Shown here: positions 63,319-64,000 of the stretch, piece after piece
How positions within the stretch are numbered: the first letter of the stretch is position 1
Layout of the letters: each line of letters begins with the position of its first letter
Source: Methyloceanibacter sp.
GTDB taxonomy: Bacteria > Pseudomonadota > Alphaproteobacteria > Rhizobiales > Methyloligellaceae
Direction of reading: 5' to 3'
DNA length: 64,000 nt
Assembly: GCA_014380485.1 (NCBI GenBank)
Contig: JACMJU010000111.1
Coordinates: forward strand, 24,818 to 88,817
Program-made: the position numbers and the translations under genes
The notes under the pieces: model-generated
What the model was told of the DNA's origin: nothing
The model's input: the letters and a program-made list of their open reading frames with translations, nothing else
Databases searched by the model: none

Positions 63319-64000
63319 CTAATTTCGGGGCGAACGCCCGCCTTGCGCCGCGCCGGGGCGATGGTGATTTGTCTGCCGCCAGCCGCGCCGGTCATGGCCG
63401 TCCTCGGCCATGAGCGTGGCGAGGATGCCCTCGCGCAACCCCCGGTCTGCCACGCGCAACCGCTGGCATGGCCAGATCCTGAGCAAGGCTTCGAGAATGG
63501 CGCAGCCCGCCAGCACGAGATCGGCGCGCTCATGCCCGATGCAAGGTTGCGCAGCGCGCTCGGCGTAGGTCATGGCGGTGAGATCGTTCGAGACCGTGCG
63601 CACATCGCGCGCGCTGAGCCAGCAGCCGTCCACGCGCGACCGCTCGTAGACCGGAAGTTTGAGGTGAATCCCGGAAATGGTCGTGACCGTGCCCGAGGTG
63701 CCGAGAAAATGCGCGCTGTTGCCGGCGATCCTGTCGCCGAAGCGATGCGTCTTTTCGAACGCGTCGATGCCCGCCATCACATCCGCCACCATGGCCTCGT
63801 AGCTGTCCGGCGTGACGTGGCGGCCGCCATGGCGCTCGGCGAGATTGACCACGCCGATCGGCAACGAAGTCCAGGCGGCGATGCAGCCCTGCACATCGAG
63901 CCGGTCATGGAGGGTGCGCCGCCAAGGCCGTCCGAGCCGCTTAAGATCGAGCCAGATCAGTTCCGAACTGCCGCCGCCGATATCGAATACCAGGGCCCAA
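63319..64000 (-). CDS. Ppx/GppA phosphatase family protein (5' end outside the window)
   Basis: VFDIGGGSSEL, GTSGTVTT, RADLVLAG, DRGLREG. Confidence 0.92.
   Translation of the reverse strand, partial: WALVFDIGGGSSELIWLDLKRLGRPWRRTLHDRLDVQGCIAAWTSLPIGVVNLAERHGGRHVTPDSYEAMVADVMAGIDAFEKTHRFGDRIAGNSAHFLGTSGTVTTISGIHLKLPVYERSRVDGCWLSARDVRTVSNDLTAMTYAERAAQPCIGHERADLVLAGCAILEALLRIWPCQRLRVADRGLREGILATLMAEDGHDRRGWRQTNHHRPGAAQGGRSPRN

Overview
GC-rich alphaproteobacterial chromosome segment. Gene content and order point to Hyphomicrobiales, possibly Methyloceanibacter-like (inference). The backbone is housekeeping: thrS, yidD, folE, hisI, cysE, nhaA, tRNA-Leu(UAA), aspS, rnd, cbpA/cbpM, ppx-ppk1, hdaA, purMN, ndk, holC, der-bamB-yfgM, panB, guaA, rsmB-like, guaB and rlmE. 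Accessory genes are slotted between these. The most striking is a ~9 kb block between the rsmB-like gene and guaA. It holds a translationally coupled operon of a lysine 2,3-aminomutase-type radical SAM enzyme, two non-canonical Ddl-like ATP-grasp ligases and a GNAT-deacetylase-GNAT triple fusion. Two Tat-type L,D-transpeptidase paralogs and a convergent methyltransferase follow it. This suggests an uncharacterised beta-amino-acid peptide or acylation pathway, possibly acting on the cell wall. Other notable signals: a Thr-anticodon hairpin in the thrS leader, an atypical-codon insertion in aspS, a premature stop in hisI, a YciI/Kef chimeric remnant with an ECF42-like promoter, EcfG-like promoters at dps/DUF4142, an arsM-aqpS pair without arsR, a signal-peptide adenosine deaminase, an orphan P450 and palindromic intergenic repeats. 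No CRISPR array, rRNA, integrase or transposase was seen. Family assignments come from motif recognition by eye, not database searches.
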